Part shown: piece after piece, positions 26,201 to 39,160 of the stretch
How the letters are laid out: each line of letters opens with the position of its first letter
Position numbering within the stretch: position 1 is the first letter of the stretch
Assembly (NCBI GenBank): GCA_002633005.1
Contig: NMRA01000049.1
Location: 1,098,011 to 1,162,010, forward strand
Source of the DNA: Phoronis australis
Taxonomy: Eukaryota; Animalia; Phoronida
Direction: 5' to 3'
Length of the DNA: 64,000 nucleotides
Position numbers and translations under genes: made by a program
Notes under the pieces: generated by a model
Seen by the model: only the letters and a program-made list of their open reading frames with translations
Databases searched by the model: none
Told to the model about the DNA's origin: nothing

Positions 26201-27974
26201 GAAAGGGACAAAGATGCTGATTATGAAACCATCCTGATGCCTGTTGCACGCCGAGCAGACGTGTTTACACAGGCATTAACACTGTTCAAGGAAGAACACC
26301 AGCCGAGACTGTTGCGATTAATTCTTATCGGTCATGCGATGCCATCTTTGAAAAAAATGTTTGGTACGTGTTTTGGGTAGCTGCGTTGATTTGGTTTTAC
26401 GGAAAATTAACGAGGTGACAAAATCAAGGACCGAGAAGAATTCACTGAATGCTTCACCGGGAAGATTCACTTCCGTGAATGTTCCAATTTGGGGTTTACA
26501 GTTTCGGCTGCACTGTATGTAGAGATGCCTAGGGGTTAAGAACGTTGCCAAGCTGACTGCTAAACTATATTTCACTATGCAACACAATTTAATGGGCGCT
26601 AGCCTGTAATCTGGGTAGCAATTTACACTGTGATGTTTTAACGGAAATTTCAGCCTGATGGACCGCGAAAGAACATCACGAACTCTTGTTTGTCAATGAA
26701 TATATCACGTCAGTTATCAGATATCTCGATAATGATATAAAAACTTGCCTGCCCTCGGGTTACGACTCCGGAGGTCAAAATCATGTCAAATATCCATCGT
26801 TAGTGAGATAACAGCTAGAGTATAAGATAACACCAGACGACCTCGGAAGGAGCAGGTGCCGTCTTTTACGATTGCGATTTGAGCAACACCTGATCCGTGC
26901 ACCTGATTTTCTGGAGTATAAATGACAACGTTTGTCTCTTCTTGGTACCTGCGTAAGTGTATGATTTTGGAATATGGGGTAATGAAAAGATTTCCTACAT
27001 AAATGTGTGTGATTTGTTTCATGAGGGAATTGTGGCGATTGATGAACAATATGCGCTGGATCCTAGGGGAAAGCGGGGTTTTCTATGCTTCTTTACCACT
27101 CAGCACGTTAAAACGATTACGTGTGTGTTTTCCAAAAGAAGAGCTGGCACTTAGACACACCTAAAATATATTCACCCTGAAAACAGTCACTGAGCTCAAC
27201 TGTTCCACGCCTTAGATTTTCTTTTATTAAAAACTAGATAATGACACCTACTCAAGTTCAGAGTGCCTGGTGCAATGCTCTATCACTTTGACGACTAAAA
27301 TTTCACATTGCGAACAAGACTAGCCACGAACTCTACCTCCCATCGTGGTGCTATGATGTTAATCTTAGGACAGTTATTTGGAAATGTTAGCCAAGTGACT
27401 GGTTTGTAATCAGAAGACAGTACTTTGAACTTAAAACGTTTACTCTAATGGTCGCTCTGGAGAATTTTGATATTCATTAATCAGCATCATCATTACAATA
27501 GAACGCAACGACGGGGTTAAATTATTGTCATCGTCATATTCGCAAGAAGTCCTTGGCCATGGCCACAAATTGTCCTGTCTGCTCTAGACCGTTGCCTTTC
27601 GCGCCCCACTTTCCCCATTTTAAACTTGTCTGGTCTGTTGCTGGAAAATACTCTATTAAACAGATCACTAAAACTGATTATAACCTGGGTTTCTGATCAT
27701 GACATCGAAGATGGTTCGATATGAGGTGCTTCTGCATGGAAAGTAATACACTTCAATTAGAACATGCAGTCGTAAAAAGGTCATAATGCTCAGGATTATC
27801 ATTTCAAGGTGCAAAACACTGCACGCGTTCAATAAATAACAATATTGCGCACACACTAATCACTTAGCCGGCTAATACACTTATTGAGGAGGATGGTGTT
27901 TGGTATGCTCTTCATGCATCACATGTTCTGCTTATTTCAGAGTCGCGCAAGTGGGTTTCAAGTGTCCCTTTAAA

Positions 27975-28041
27975 ATGTCCAAGTCAATATTGACATGCGG
28001 CCACCTGTTAATAGCTGTCTTCATCAATATCGTAAAATCAG
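27975..28041 (+). CDS. Ly6/uPAR three-finger protein, coding exon 1 (signal peptide MSKSILTCGHLLIAVFINIVKS)
   Basis: Acceptor ttatttcag| before 27941, aaaATG at 27975, donor CAG|GTAAGT, phase 1 compatible with the exon at 36405. Confidence 0.75.
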
Positions 28042-28828
28042 GTAAGTCAGTCGTGACCACAGTAGCTAGTCGACGTCAGTTAAAGGTACGGGTTGCTCAA
28101 TTGTTAGATCCTGCCTTTCTTTCTAAGTTTTGATTTAGACACTTATGGCATAAAACTAATCATAACATGTTTTTGATGAGATTAGAAATATTTTTTGTAC
28201 TTGAGAGGAACCGACAGCTCGCACTTGCTTGAGGGTCATGCTCGACATATAAATTTGCAAAAATCACCGGCTTCCGTCGAGTCAGTTTGTAAAGGTTGTT
28301 CTCCAATTCTTACGACCTGCCAGCAATTGGCTCTACCTGAGTCCAGAAATATCAGTCTAATCTGAAGAAGGAACAAGCTGAGGCCAATTTTATTGCAATA
28401 AGTATTTTTGACTAAAGGTGGGTAGTCAGTTGTACCCAGCACTTTAGCTCCGCAAGAGAGAATCTTGTGCACGCTGGCGTGTAGATATACACCAAATAAT
28501 TGATAAACACGTTTTGTGCCTTGGTATTCCTGCTTATCACATCTTAGATTTCGAAATACATACTAGGCTAATTCATTCATTTGAGTTCCAATAAATTATA
28601 AAAGATCTGAAATCTGGATACGTTCCGACATAGCAAGATCACGCGAAACTACGCAAAATCACAAACATGAAGGGCGACTATACAAGTATACTCGGGATCT
28701 TACTGTCGTACATGTAGCCTGGCAACTTTTTGGAGATTAAAGTGACTGATCGGTGAAGATGGAATGTTACATTATGGGATAAAGTTCAATGTTTTCCCAC
28801 ACACGCGAAGATTTTCTCGTCGCAATTG

Positions 28829-28938
28829 CATGGGCGGCGCAGCAATGAAAAAAGTGGGGGCTAAAGCCCTCTCAGCCCCCCGTGGTTCACCGCCTATAGA
28901 CCATGTGCGGCGTAGCCCTCTATGGTGTGGCGCCCATG
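28829..28938. mobile_element. CATGGGCGGCGC-family MITE with 5-bp TSD
   Basis: TSD aattg at 28824-28828 and 28939-28943. Confidence 0.85.
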
Positions 28939-30959
28939 AATTGTGCTTCGCGAGTCTCTTGGGTCTACAGAAAGCATCCCTGTTTCAGTCTTTACAGACT
29001 ACCTGTCTTTTATGTTGAAAATATGCGGCATGGTATTTTTTCTAACAAAGTTACCTGGCGCTGACAACATAGTTCTAAAAATTACACCAATCACACATAT
29101 CAACCTCTCAAGGTGAAATGTAAGCACACATTCCTTAGTGTACCAGAATTTACAACTTTCCACGAACTTCCTAAAGGTACGATGCCTGCATCATAAATCA
29201 CTTTAATTTTGATCTTTTTGGTGTCACGACACTGACGACACAGTGTCGCAACTGCAGAGAATTATGAACATTCTATCATCTCGTGATCAACTACACAGTT
29301 TGTTATTGGCTCAAAATAATGTTAGTTGATAACTTATCACACTAAAACCATTCACCGGTGTCAAGATCATTGCGCGAGGTTGCACTTATCATTCCGTTTG
29401 GCGATTGAATGTTTTAGCAGATTTTATGAAAACAATGTTGCAGTCTGTGCAAACAAATCACTCAACTAGTTAGGCTTCCCTGTATGCAAGGCATTTTTTT
29501 CTATCTATTAACAAACACGTTTACATGCACATTCATAGCCTATAACTATTTTAATTCAGACTGTCGAACGTTTGCATTTTTAACGTTTGGGTTTACTTAC
29601 ACAGTCAATGCCTTTGCTATAGCAATTGTTTCAAAATTAAATCGCAGTAGACGATTGCGTCAGGGCTTCAACAAAAATTTGTAAAACGCTATTTATATTG
29701 TGTTGTGAACGGTCCTTAAATCAGAAATAAGCCCGCGCCCGCGTTCCTTGTCAGAAACTTACTGGTATAAAGGTGGTCTCACTTTTGTGATCGTTTGTCT
29801 TGCAAAGAGCTGACAGTTTGTTGGTCATCAGGACTGTGGTTGGTGAATAAAATGACACAAGACAACATTTAGAGCCTGCTCTCAAGCACTGACAACCTGT
29901 CAGCTCTTCCAAGTTCAGGAATCGTACCTATTTAAACTAAGGACGAAGTCCTTTTTCACCACGGTAAATGATCTAACTAAACAAACTGGTCTGTGCCACA
30001 GAGGCCGGGTTTAAAGTCATGTAAATATCCAACATTAACACCCCCAGTGAAGACTTGACCAGAGTACACTGTAAACATTGTCTCTGTCCATTTCTTGTCA
30101 TTCCATTGTTAACATGTGACTATCTATTGCCTCATTTGAGAAGAAAAAGTAAACATAGACATGAGCACTAACCAGGCATTGTACCTCTGTATTAATTTTA
30201 GCAACAGTGCGGACAAATGTTTGCTAGAACTTTCACGGTCGTGTTTGATATTTAACTATGGTTGCCTGATGTTCTTTGCAGTGCTAAAGTAAATATTTAC
30301 GCTTTCTAATGACATTTTGCGTTTCAGTTCGATCTTGTTTACTGCATGTCTAACAACAAATGCAAGAATCAACAAAGTACAGGTCTTGTCCATTGTTGCT
30401 CAGTTTATAGATTATCGGCCAGGTGTGTGTATGGTCAATATTTTGTTCTAAAAATGCTTCATGTTCGTGTTCAATCAATGCTGACGCTGATGCCTTTTTT
30501 ACCAGTTTATCTACTTATTGACCGATGCCATGTTGGGGTCCATATATTTTGGCGTATCCAAATCTTGTTGTCCAATACGTACATCATTATCGTTGTGCTT
30601 ATTGTTGAATTAAATAAACTTTATGAAGTTATTAGGTTTGACCAGCACAATAAGGCAATTAAGTCCGTTGCGTTTTTACGATTTTACCTCAAACCGTCAA
30701 TTAAATTCTCGCCGTTTTCTGCTAGACATTCTCTGAAATCAAGTCAGGTGACCTTACCAGTTAAAACAGGTAAGGCCACAGTAGTACTTAAAAATACTAC
30801 TGTGCCATATACTGAGTGGGATTTAGATCAGCCAGCTGCAAAGCAAAAATTTCAGGCTCCATTCCGCGCTTTGGCTGAGCTCAGCAGAAAATGGTTTTCT
30901 CGCCGATAATGTCAGTTTAACGAGAACAACATTTTTAATGTTCAGTGCTCGGTTGCATG

Positions 30960-33900
30960 AAACAGTCTCAAATAGGCACTCATTTTGCGAATGCAAAGCT
31001 ATATTTTCTCACATGCCATAGGCGGACTTAGGGGGGGCCCGCCCCCCCCCCCCCTTGGCTGCCGCAAAAAAAAATTAAACAGCTAGCAAGAGCGTAGGGA
31101 AATGTTGAGTTTATTAATTTGTCCCGGTAATTAAAATTATGCGGATGAAAAAAGTGCGCAGTTTTAGTGTTTGGGGGGGCTCAGATCCAATTTCAAGTGT
31201 CAAATCCGGAACACGGCGCATTCGTAACGGAACTATGGCTAAGTGTAGGCTCTCCCGCGATATCCCAGGCGACCGGCAGTGGCGCTGCGCACTACGACTC
31301 CGTTTCCACTGTGCAATGAAGAAAATTTACTTCATTTTTTAAAGAAAATGGAACCTGAGTGACGATGAAAAAACAGAAGCTGCTGGTAGGATGTGAATTT
31401 TAATCGAAGCCTTAGTGCATCACTCAGAAACTCATTAATTCTCTCTTTGTCAAACCTTAACTTAAGACGATTTCCAAAGCAATCCCGTCATTGTTGCCAA
31501 CACGAAAAACGGATTTGGTCTTTTGGGCATTTGAAGACTATTTTAAGTACAACAAATTTGTTAAGAACCGATTGCACAAAATATAAAACGTGTAATTAGC
31601 ATTACAAAAAAGAAGTAGGTTTCGCGCACAAACGCTGTGGACCATAAACAAGTAGGTCTCTAAGTTTAAGCTTATTAGTGAAATTGTGGTGGTGTAGTAG
31701 TATAGCACGCGCGTCCCATCAACCAGATCGCGAGTTCGGTCTGTGAAACTCGCAGTTTTTCCTGTGTGACATGTTCTCCGTGTTTATTTTTCTTTATTTT
31801 TTTGCCTTTTTTTCTTGGATAATACATCAGAAATCAAGGAAAATGCTTGATTTTTAGAGGAAAAACAGAAAAATTTCCTGGCCTCCCTCCATTCGGTGCT
31901 ATGCGCATCTACAATCGTGGTTTGCGCAAATGCCGGACAAAATGTTGGGCCCCCCCCTTGTGATATCCTAGATCCGCCGCTGCATGCCCCTCTCTGGCAG
32001 GGGATAACGGAGGCAACTGTCGCTCTATTATTTTTCTCGAAATTGTATATCACTTGAGAAAAATTGATGACCTGACAGATAACATCAATTGCTGCGCATA
32101 TCTTGATTTATATTTAGGGGTCCAGCTATTGAAGGGAGCCATTGACGACATTCAAGTGGCCACCATTTTCTTGTTTTTATTGACAAATTCCTAAGGGGCA
32201 GCTCACGGGGAAAGGACCCAATGTTGATATCGATTACCTCTATTTTCTATTTTTTTGTGAAATCGTACAACCGGCTTTGATTTTGAGGAAGGTCACGATG
32301 GAATGAACTGTTAATCTTTTCTAAGCTTAATGATGTTTAGCCGTTCATCTTAAGGTGTCCCATTTCAGACGGGACCCTCTAGTTGGGCGGTTCGGGGTAA
32401 TTGTCCCTTTGTCCCTCTATTCACGTAAATACCTTATTGGCAGTGAAGTATTCACGAGAAGAAGTTGAAATTCCAAATTCATCAAAAACACAAAACATCC
32501 GTACACAGCACAGCAGTATGAAGACATTAGACCCAAACAATCAAAAACATGCGAAAAATCACTTGTATTGACCGCCATCAAAAAGGTGGAATTTTTAAGA
32601 ACGTGAATACCACTATTTGCAAATTACACAAAAGGATTTTTCCGATGGTTAGTCATAAAATAATGTCACTTTTCCTATAGTATCAAAAGAATAGTATTTC
32701 TTTTGAAAATCGTTTTAGGAGTTGTTTGTAAGGAATTCGCACATGTCGAAAAGACTGTCAGGTCTACGATTTGTGATGACCGTGTACATGTCAAACGGGG
32801 GTACTGAAAGTATTCGCAATATTAAACAAAAATTTCAGCGATTTTTGGAGTTTCGAGCTTAATTCGTGAACCGTTGTAGGTACCTCTGAAAGGCGCAAAA
32901 TACACCTTAATACGAATGCCCCATCTCCCTTGTTGCTCCGGTTAATCATCTGCGGGCATGCCTGGGGAAATTGCTTGTAACATTCCGTATTGATACACAA
33001 ACTCGTTGTTTTCTGATTGACGTGTTTATGTATCCACGAAAGTCGACGGATTCACAGATGATTTTTGACAATTAGAAGCCAATTTTGTAAGAATTTATGA
33101 TGTTTCAGTGAATTTAGTTGCAGACTGAATAGTAAAGTACGCTTAGACGATTCTTGTCTATCTAAAATAACTCTCAGACATTGATGAAACTCTAACAGTT
33201 CCCAAAAATATACTCACTTTTCAAATGACAATTAATGCATTGCTTTTTGACTAGTAGGTACAAGATTTGTCGTTTAAACTCACAAAGAGGGGATTGAAAA
33301 GGAATTAAGTCATTAAATCAAGGTATACCCATTGCTCATGGAATCGATTGTTCATTTCTGATTTACATGTTTATGTATCTACGAAAATCGACTGATTGAT
33401 GATTTTTGACAATTGAAGCTAATCTTGTATGAAATGACGATCTTCACTGAACTTAGTTGCAGGCTAACATTGGGAAAATTCGATCTGTCATCAGGTCCCC
33501 AAATAGTAAAGTACACTTCACGATTTTTGTTTACCTGAAATAAATATGAAGGATATTGATGAATGTCGGACAGCTCTACAAAGTGTACCAAAATGTTGTC
33601 ACACTCAAATGACATTAGGAACTAGATTATTGGTTTAAATTCACAAATCATAGATCGAAAAAGAAGTTTAAGTCCTTAAATAAATAAAACGTATTGCTCC
33701 TTACCTTATAAAGTTTGTCTTTGCCTTTCCTTGATGTTTTTAGTTTCCAGAGGTGTTGAGCAATGAATTTTTGTTCTTCATAACTGAAACGTTTGCTTGC
33801 CATTCCCGTGCATACTACACAGACAGAGTACGACATCACGCACCCACGTTAAAAATAAGATGTAACCATGCAGTATGCCTGCGCAAAATCTTAGCGATCC

Positions 33901-34375
33901 ACGGAAATTGAATTTGAACTCTAGGCGTTGAAGTGTGCACATTTTTGGGACACACTCTGTATCAACTATACTACCGGCCTTGTTTCAATAATTGAAGGGA
34001 TTTTGAAATAGTCCCAAAGGCACTATATCAGGGACTTCGCGGGACCTCAGGTTTTAAAAAAAGTCCTTCAAAGAAGGGCCATAATAAAATGAACTTTTCA
34101 CGAAACTGTATCATAATAAAACGAATCTTGACCTGAGAGCCAGCGCAGACGAATAATAGCTAAGCTGCATGTCTCAAGTGAACCATAGACAGCTGAGCTG
34201 ACCAGGGACTAGCTTTAATATATCGAATAATGTATTTTCACACTATTAGATCTCAGTTACATTTACGTGAGGCAGCTCCCACCTACCCGTCAGTACACTG
34301 GCCCTATGCCCATTCTTACTGTCCGTGAAACTTTATTGCTTCACGGTTACTCAAATTCTGATGGCTGCATTCCCG
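30960..34375 (-). mobile_element. Composite repeat copy 2 (inverted), with mariner-like transposase N-terminal relic
   Basis: Reverse-complement match to 6700-11100; minus strand tacagagtgtgtcccaaaaatgtgcacac at ~33960 followed by MASKRFSYEEQKFIAQHLWKLKTSRK. Confidence 0.7.
31017..31982. mobile_element. 966-bp hAT-type non-autonomous element with 5-bp TSD
   Basis: cataggcgga...tccgccgctg; TSD catgc at 31012-31016 and 31983-31987; empty site seen in the homologous repeat near 11045. Confidence 0.85.
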
Positions 34376-36404
34376 GGGTTGCCCCCCACCTATGACGGAC
34401 ATGGGGCTTTAGGTACAAATATGGCGGCATCCGAAGACCAGGGGTGGGGAATTCGGGGGAGGAAGTGATGGTGATAAGAAGGGGGGTAGTTAAGCGAAGT
34501 CGAATTGGTTTGTGTTTCTCCCCTCAATAATTTTTGGGTCTGTTAAGGGCTTAGTCCCTAGTTTTGATTGAATTAAGGGCTCTGTTTTTAATTATATTAT
34601 TCGGAAATGCCATTAGTCAAGGAAGGGCTCATAATCACGATAAAACGTTAGAAAAAATACACCTGTGAGTATAGAACGAAATAAATATGCGAAAGATTTA
34701 GGGAACTTAGTTGAGTCCCTATTTGGGCCTTGTTTCACGCAGCCGGACAGGCAAGTCTCGGGATTTTTACGAAATTTCCAAGAGGTTTTGCCCTTGTCAT
34801 ATATCTGAGAAGAGTGTAGGATTTGTTTTTTCACATGGAAAAACTCGGCGTGTCTAAAACTTTCAACCACATGACGCAACTTTTGTAAAAACACGCTTGC
34901 GCAATGTAAAGTAATTCAGTACTGTTACTTTTTGTTAATTGTTTTATTTTAAGCTTAATAATTGTAAATTGCATTCAGATTTCGTAACAAATGTTCAAGA
35001 TAGAATCTAATGAATAGTTTTTGAAGTTGTAACATCAAAACTTAAAAAATGGCTGTAAATAACAGTCAGCAAGGCTTCCCCGCGCGTGAGCACTGAATTG
35101 ACCTTGAGACAGCACAGCTAGACAAGTCTCCGCTTTTTTCGAGTTGAGACTCGTCTCCGTTAGAATGAACAAGAATATGGAATTCGCCGCCGAAGATGGG
35201 TCCGTTTAAGAAGTTGTTTGCATGTCCTTCCGACTGGGAGTACGTACAGTTGCGACACCCGATTTGTCAATCATAACTTTGTCACCTTCTGGGAATTCCG
35301 GCATTGTTTGGTTGGCGCGCGTTTGGTTGTTTTAGTATTTTGCAGACGATAAAATGTAAGGCGTATGGATTTTTACTTTGCACTACTTAGTGATTCGCCC
35401 ATGTAATATGAAAAAAATTACGTACTCGGTGTTATTAACTAGTCGTGTCGTAACACATTCCAGGTTATGTGAGAAAAACTGTACGCTAATCAATAATTAG
35501 GCACACTACCACGCGTCACGTTGCTTATGATGAAATTGAAAAAATGGAAGTTTTATGCAACGCAGTTGGTAACTGTGTAATCTGGTCTTAAAATTAATTT
35601 AAGTTACTGTACATCTATACACTTGCTGGTGACACAGCGTGTGGGACAATTTTGATAGCACGAAGAATTAGGTACATCACCGAAGGTACAGCCTATTCCA
35701 TTTCGTAGAATTCCTCGATAGGTGAGGTAGGTTTTAGCTGACATGAAACAAAACGTTTGTGTGAATCCCAACATGATCGTATTTTTATATTCCTGACCTT
35801 TACATCCGGGTAAAAAGGGCCACCTCTCGGGTTAAAAAATATCACCATCGAACTGAAAAATACCACCCAAGCTATCAAACTGAGTAGGTTATGGCTAGGA
35901 GCTAAAAACAGAGTAGAAAACATTTTAGAAAAAAAAACTTCGAGAACATAGTTCGACTGGTTACAAATTGTGCCATGACAGCTACAAGCGCTGATCAAAC
36001 GCAAGATTGTTGACGTCAAGGAAGTAAAATGAGAGGCGACCGAGGCCTTTTCTCCGTGAATAGGGGACCAAATGCAAAACTGAAATGAGTGTAGACGGGT
36101 TGGACGTTTTTGCAATGTTACTGAAGGAGATACTGGTTCGCAGTGCCCCCTCCCGGAGTACGCTAATGGATATGGGCGAACTTTCTTCTTGCTAAAACGT
36201 GAACACTTACAATAAAACAGTGGAAGCACTTTCTGCTGGAATGAAGATTTGCGTTATGTCTGGCTCACGAGAATTAAAAGTTATACCGGTACTACGCGCC
36301 CCTGCGACCAAAATGAGGGAAGAGAACTACTTTACTGCACCCATACCAATACGGTACACGCTTGTGCTGAACTGTATCTACTGTAACGTTTGCTTTCTCT
36401 CCAG

Positions 36405-36566
36405 GTGACGGTATACGCTGTTACACGTGCAGCTCATACTCAGAAGACAGCGATTGCTTTAGGCGAACGACTTCCATCAAAGAGATAAAATGCCCTCAAG
36501 ACATGCCTTTCTGTACATACACGGAGAACAGAGAACCATGGATATTCCCAAATAGTAGTGTCAAAA
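36405..36566 (+). CDS. Ly6/uPAR three-finger protein, coding exon 2 (DGIRCYTCSSYSEDSDC...KCPQDMPFC...)
   Basis: Acceptor tttctctccag|, donor A|GTAAGT, phase 1-1, 162 nt; classic [IL]xCYxC LU-domain start. Confidence 0.88.
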
Positions 36567-38731
36567 GTAAGTCAGGTTCAAATTAAATATAACTTTTTCC
36601 CATACCCAAGTTTGGACTAACAATGGAAAGACTCACCAAAATGTTCACATAATAAGAGCAAAAATAAACGCGAGCCTAAGTCAAAATAGGTATGCTAGTA
36701 CTTGATGAGTGCATGAGAGACTACAAGTTAACATGTCTCGGCGTGACATTTTATTCGCCGAACACGCCTTTGATTAATGGCGAACTATCAGTTCTTCGCA
36801 AGAAAAAATCTCATCTGAGTAAGGCACAAGTTAAGGTCATTTGTAAAGCAGCAAGTGGTTTAAATGATAATGTATAATGTAGTTTCTCCACGGAACCACG
36901 GAACGTGGGTTTATTGCAGCTTGAACAAGTAAATATTTAAACAAGTAAGTATTTAGTGTCATTTTTACATTATCTTGCATTGAAAACACGACTATATTAG
37001 TAATAAAGGGACGTTTTCGGCTTTACGCCTGGTGTATTTTGGGGATTACTGTTGGATGGCATAAGCTTTGACCAGAGCTATAAAAAACAAAATCCGTTAT
37101 GTTTTTATGATTTTATTACAAATCGCGGATTCTCGCTGTTATCTGTCAGACTTTTGCTGAAATCAAGACCGTTGTCTTTACCACATACATGCTTAAGTAC
37201 TCAGTTACTAAATGCGTGGAGTTTGGCTTAGCGCCAGAGCGTTCGGATGTTGCTAGCGGGTTCGACTTCGCGCTGCTTTAGGAATTTCTGTAAAACCATT
37301 TTTCTCACCAACTTTCTTTAAAATGTTATTGTAAAAACTTGCTCCTTGCTTTTACTTGAACCGGTGAGCATGACCTGCTGTGCGCGCTTTAGGCGAGTTA
37401 AACATAATATCCATTCTGTGACTGCACAGTGAGTTGATGTTTTAAGATGAATCCTACTATTATTACTCGAGTTAGGCACCAAAGTGCGTTAAGATGGAAT
37501 GAAGTCACCAAAGTGGGCTTTGGCGTCCTTTAGCTTTAGTCTTCATACTGTATTAGCATTTGTCGACAGTCTTGGGGACAAACTCTGAGCATAATTCTAC
37601 AAAAATTATCGCAGGGACGAGATAATGGTGTAGGAATTGTTGGTTAGCAGGATAGCAGCTGAACGCGTTCGGCAAAAGGTGTAATTTTGTGTAAAAATCT
37701 TCGTGGTGACCAAATTAATAGGGTAAAATGAATATGGGACGACCGGGCAAGGGGGAATTACAGGTTGGAGACCACTGGTGCCTGGCGGGGGACGACCGGC
37801 AGAAGTTGCCGGAGACCGTACCAAGGGATGCATGAGTGAAGGTGGGCTCACTATGTCGGGCTAATCTTTTTCCACAGTCCATGTCAAAGTCATACCCTAC
37901 TTCCGGTTTGACCCAAAAGTAGAATAATGCCGTGTTCATCACACAATGTTTTAAGAAAGCAAATGCAGTAGGACACCTGATCGGAAAGCAGATCAGCCGC
38001 TTAAGATGAGCATACATGTACGTCTTACAAGTAATCAATCGATGTACATTTTGACCTATCACGTGAGATCACAATGGGCGAAATAAGCCCAATCACAATT
38101 TACGTATTTGCTGCTATCTCAGATAGTCGTCTGGTTTGGGAACGATAAGAAGGGAAAACAGACGGCTGAAGAGCATTCACCTGGCCGGCACTGATTTGCT
38201 TTTTACTGGATGTCGTGGAGGTTGTATAAGATGCGCCCTACGGTATATGTCGCACAGATTTTGAGTCTTGAAATCGACGTAGTCAACGTCAGCAGCAGGT
38301 CAACTAATTACTTAATACCCGTGTGTCGATAATTTGAACAAGGATGCTTGAAATTATTGATGAAATGAGATTTGCATTAGTTTGGTTTGAACCCCAACAC
38401 AAGTAGGCCTAAATGACTGCAGCTATAAGTGAACTGCGCTTGTATGAAGCACAGAAGATCAATGAAATGAAGTAATGTCAGTAAGCATTCTTTCTGGCAT
38501 AGTATTCAGTCAAAGCGTTCTGTATATGTAAATAGATTGACCGCTCATGAAATTTTAACTGTGGCAAAGACAATTACCCCCAAATTCTTGTACTGGTGTA
38601 TTTTGCGACGACTGCTACGAAATGTATGTCACTGATCAGAAGCGTACGAGTTCCAGACTGACCAGAACGTAATCGAAGAAAGCGTCCCCTATAAGCACTG
38701 GTGCACATGTTGAACAATGGCATAAACTGAC

Positions 38732-38877
38732 CAGTGGCCGATTTAGAAGGGGGCCATGGCCCCTTTAAAATTCCCCTAGATTCCATTTCGCAGTTCGGAG
38801 GTGTGAATGTCTGACGGCCAAAATCCTGGCTAATACTCTGCCCTGCCCTCCAACTCTAAATCCTGGATCCGCCCCTG
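38732..38877. mobile_element. hAT-type MITE (CAGTGGC..GATCCGCCCCTG)
   Basis: Reverse-orientation homologue of 6749-6908; no clean TSD. Confidence 0.8.
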
Positions 38878-38903
38878 AACTCAGTTGTCTTTCTATATTG
38901 CAG

Positions 38904-39160
38904 GCCCGCTTGTTCAAGTAATTCTTGGGTGCGGTACAAGTCCGAGGAAACAGAACTGCTTATATGGAAAATACTGTACGTGGAAGACGTGTTACACTGA
39001 CTTTTGTAACTGTTACACACCCGACTGCACAAACAGTACCTGGCGAGCACGTGCTGAAGCTAGCAGACGATTATGTTTTTTAGCAGCCATAACTGCGATA
39101 GCATGTTCTACATTCCAAAGGATTTTTTTACAAAGATACAAAATTAATGTGATAAGATAA
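38904..39160 (+). CDS. Ly6/uPAR three-finger protein, last coding exon (...LGC...NC...YCTWKTCYTDFCN...)
   Basis: Acceptor ttctatattgcag|, phase 1; C-x-x-D-x-C-N terminal LU motif, hydrophobic tail, TAA at 39158-39160; spliced product 161 aa. Confidence 0.88.

Noticed and set aside
30346-30909. 187-aa ORF
   Set aside because: Intronic, no recognisable motif, composition typical of AT-rich non-coding DNA.
31686-31745. tRNA gene
   Set aside because: Only degenerate A/B boxes inside a transposon, no full cloverleaf; the same applies to 37220-37275 and 62795-62870, which look SINE-derived.
35693-36229. 178-aa minus-strand ORF
   Set aside because: Lies in a Ly6 intron, non-ATG start, no domain signature.
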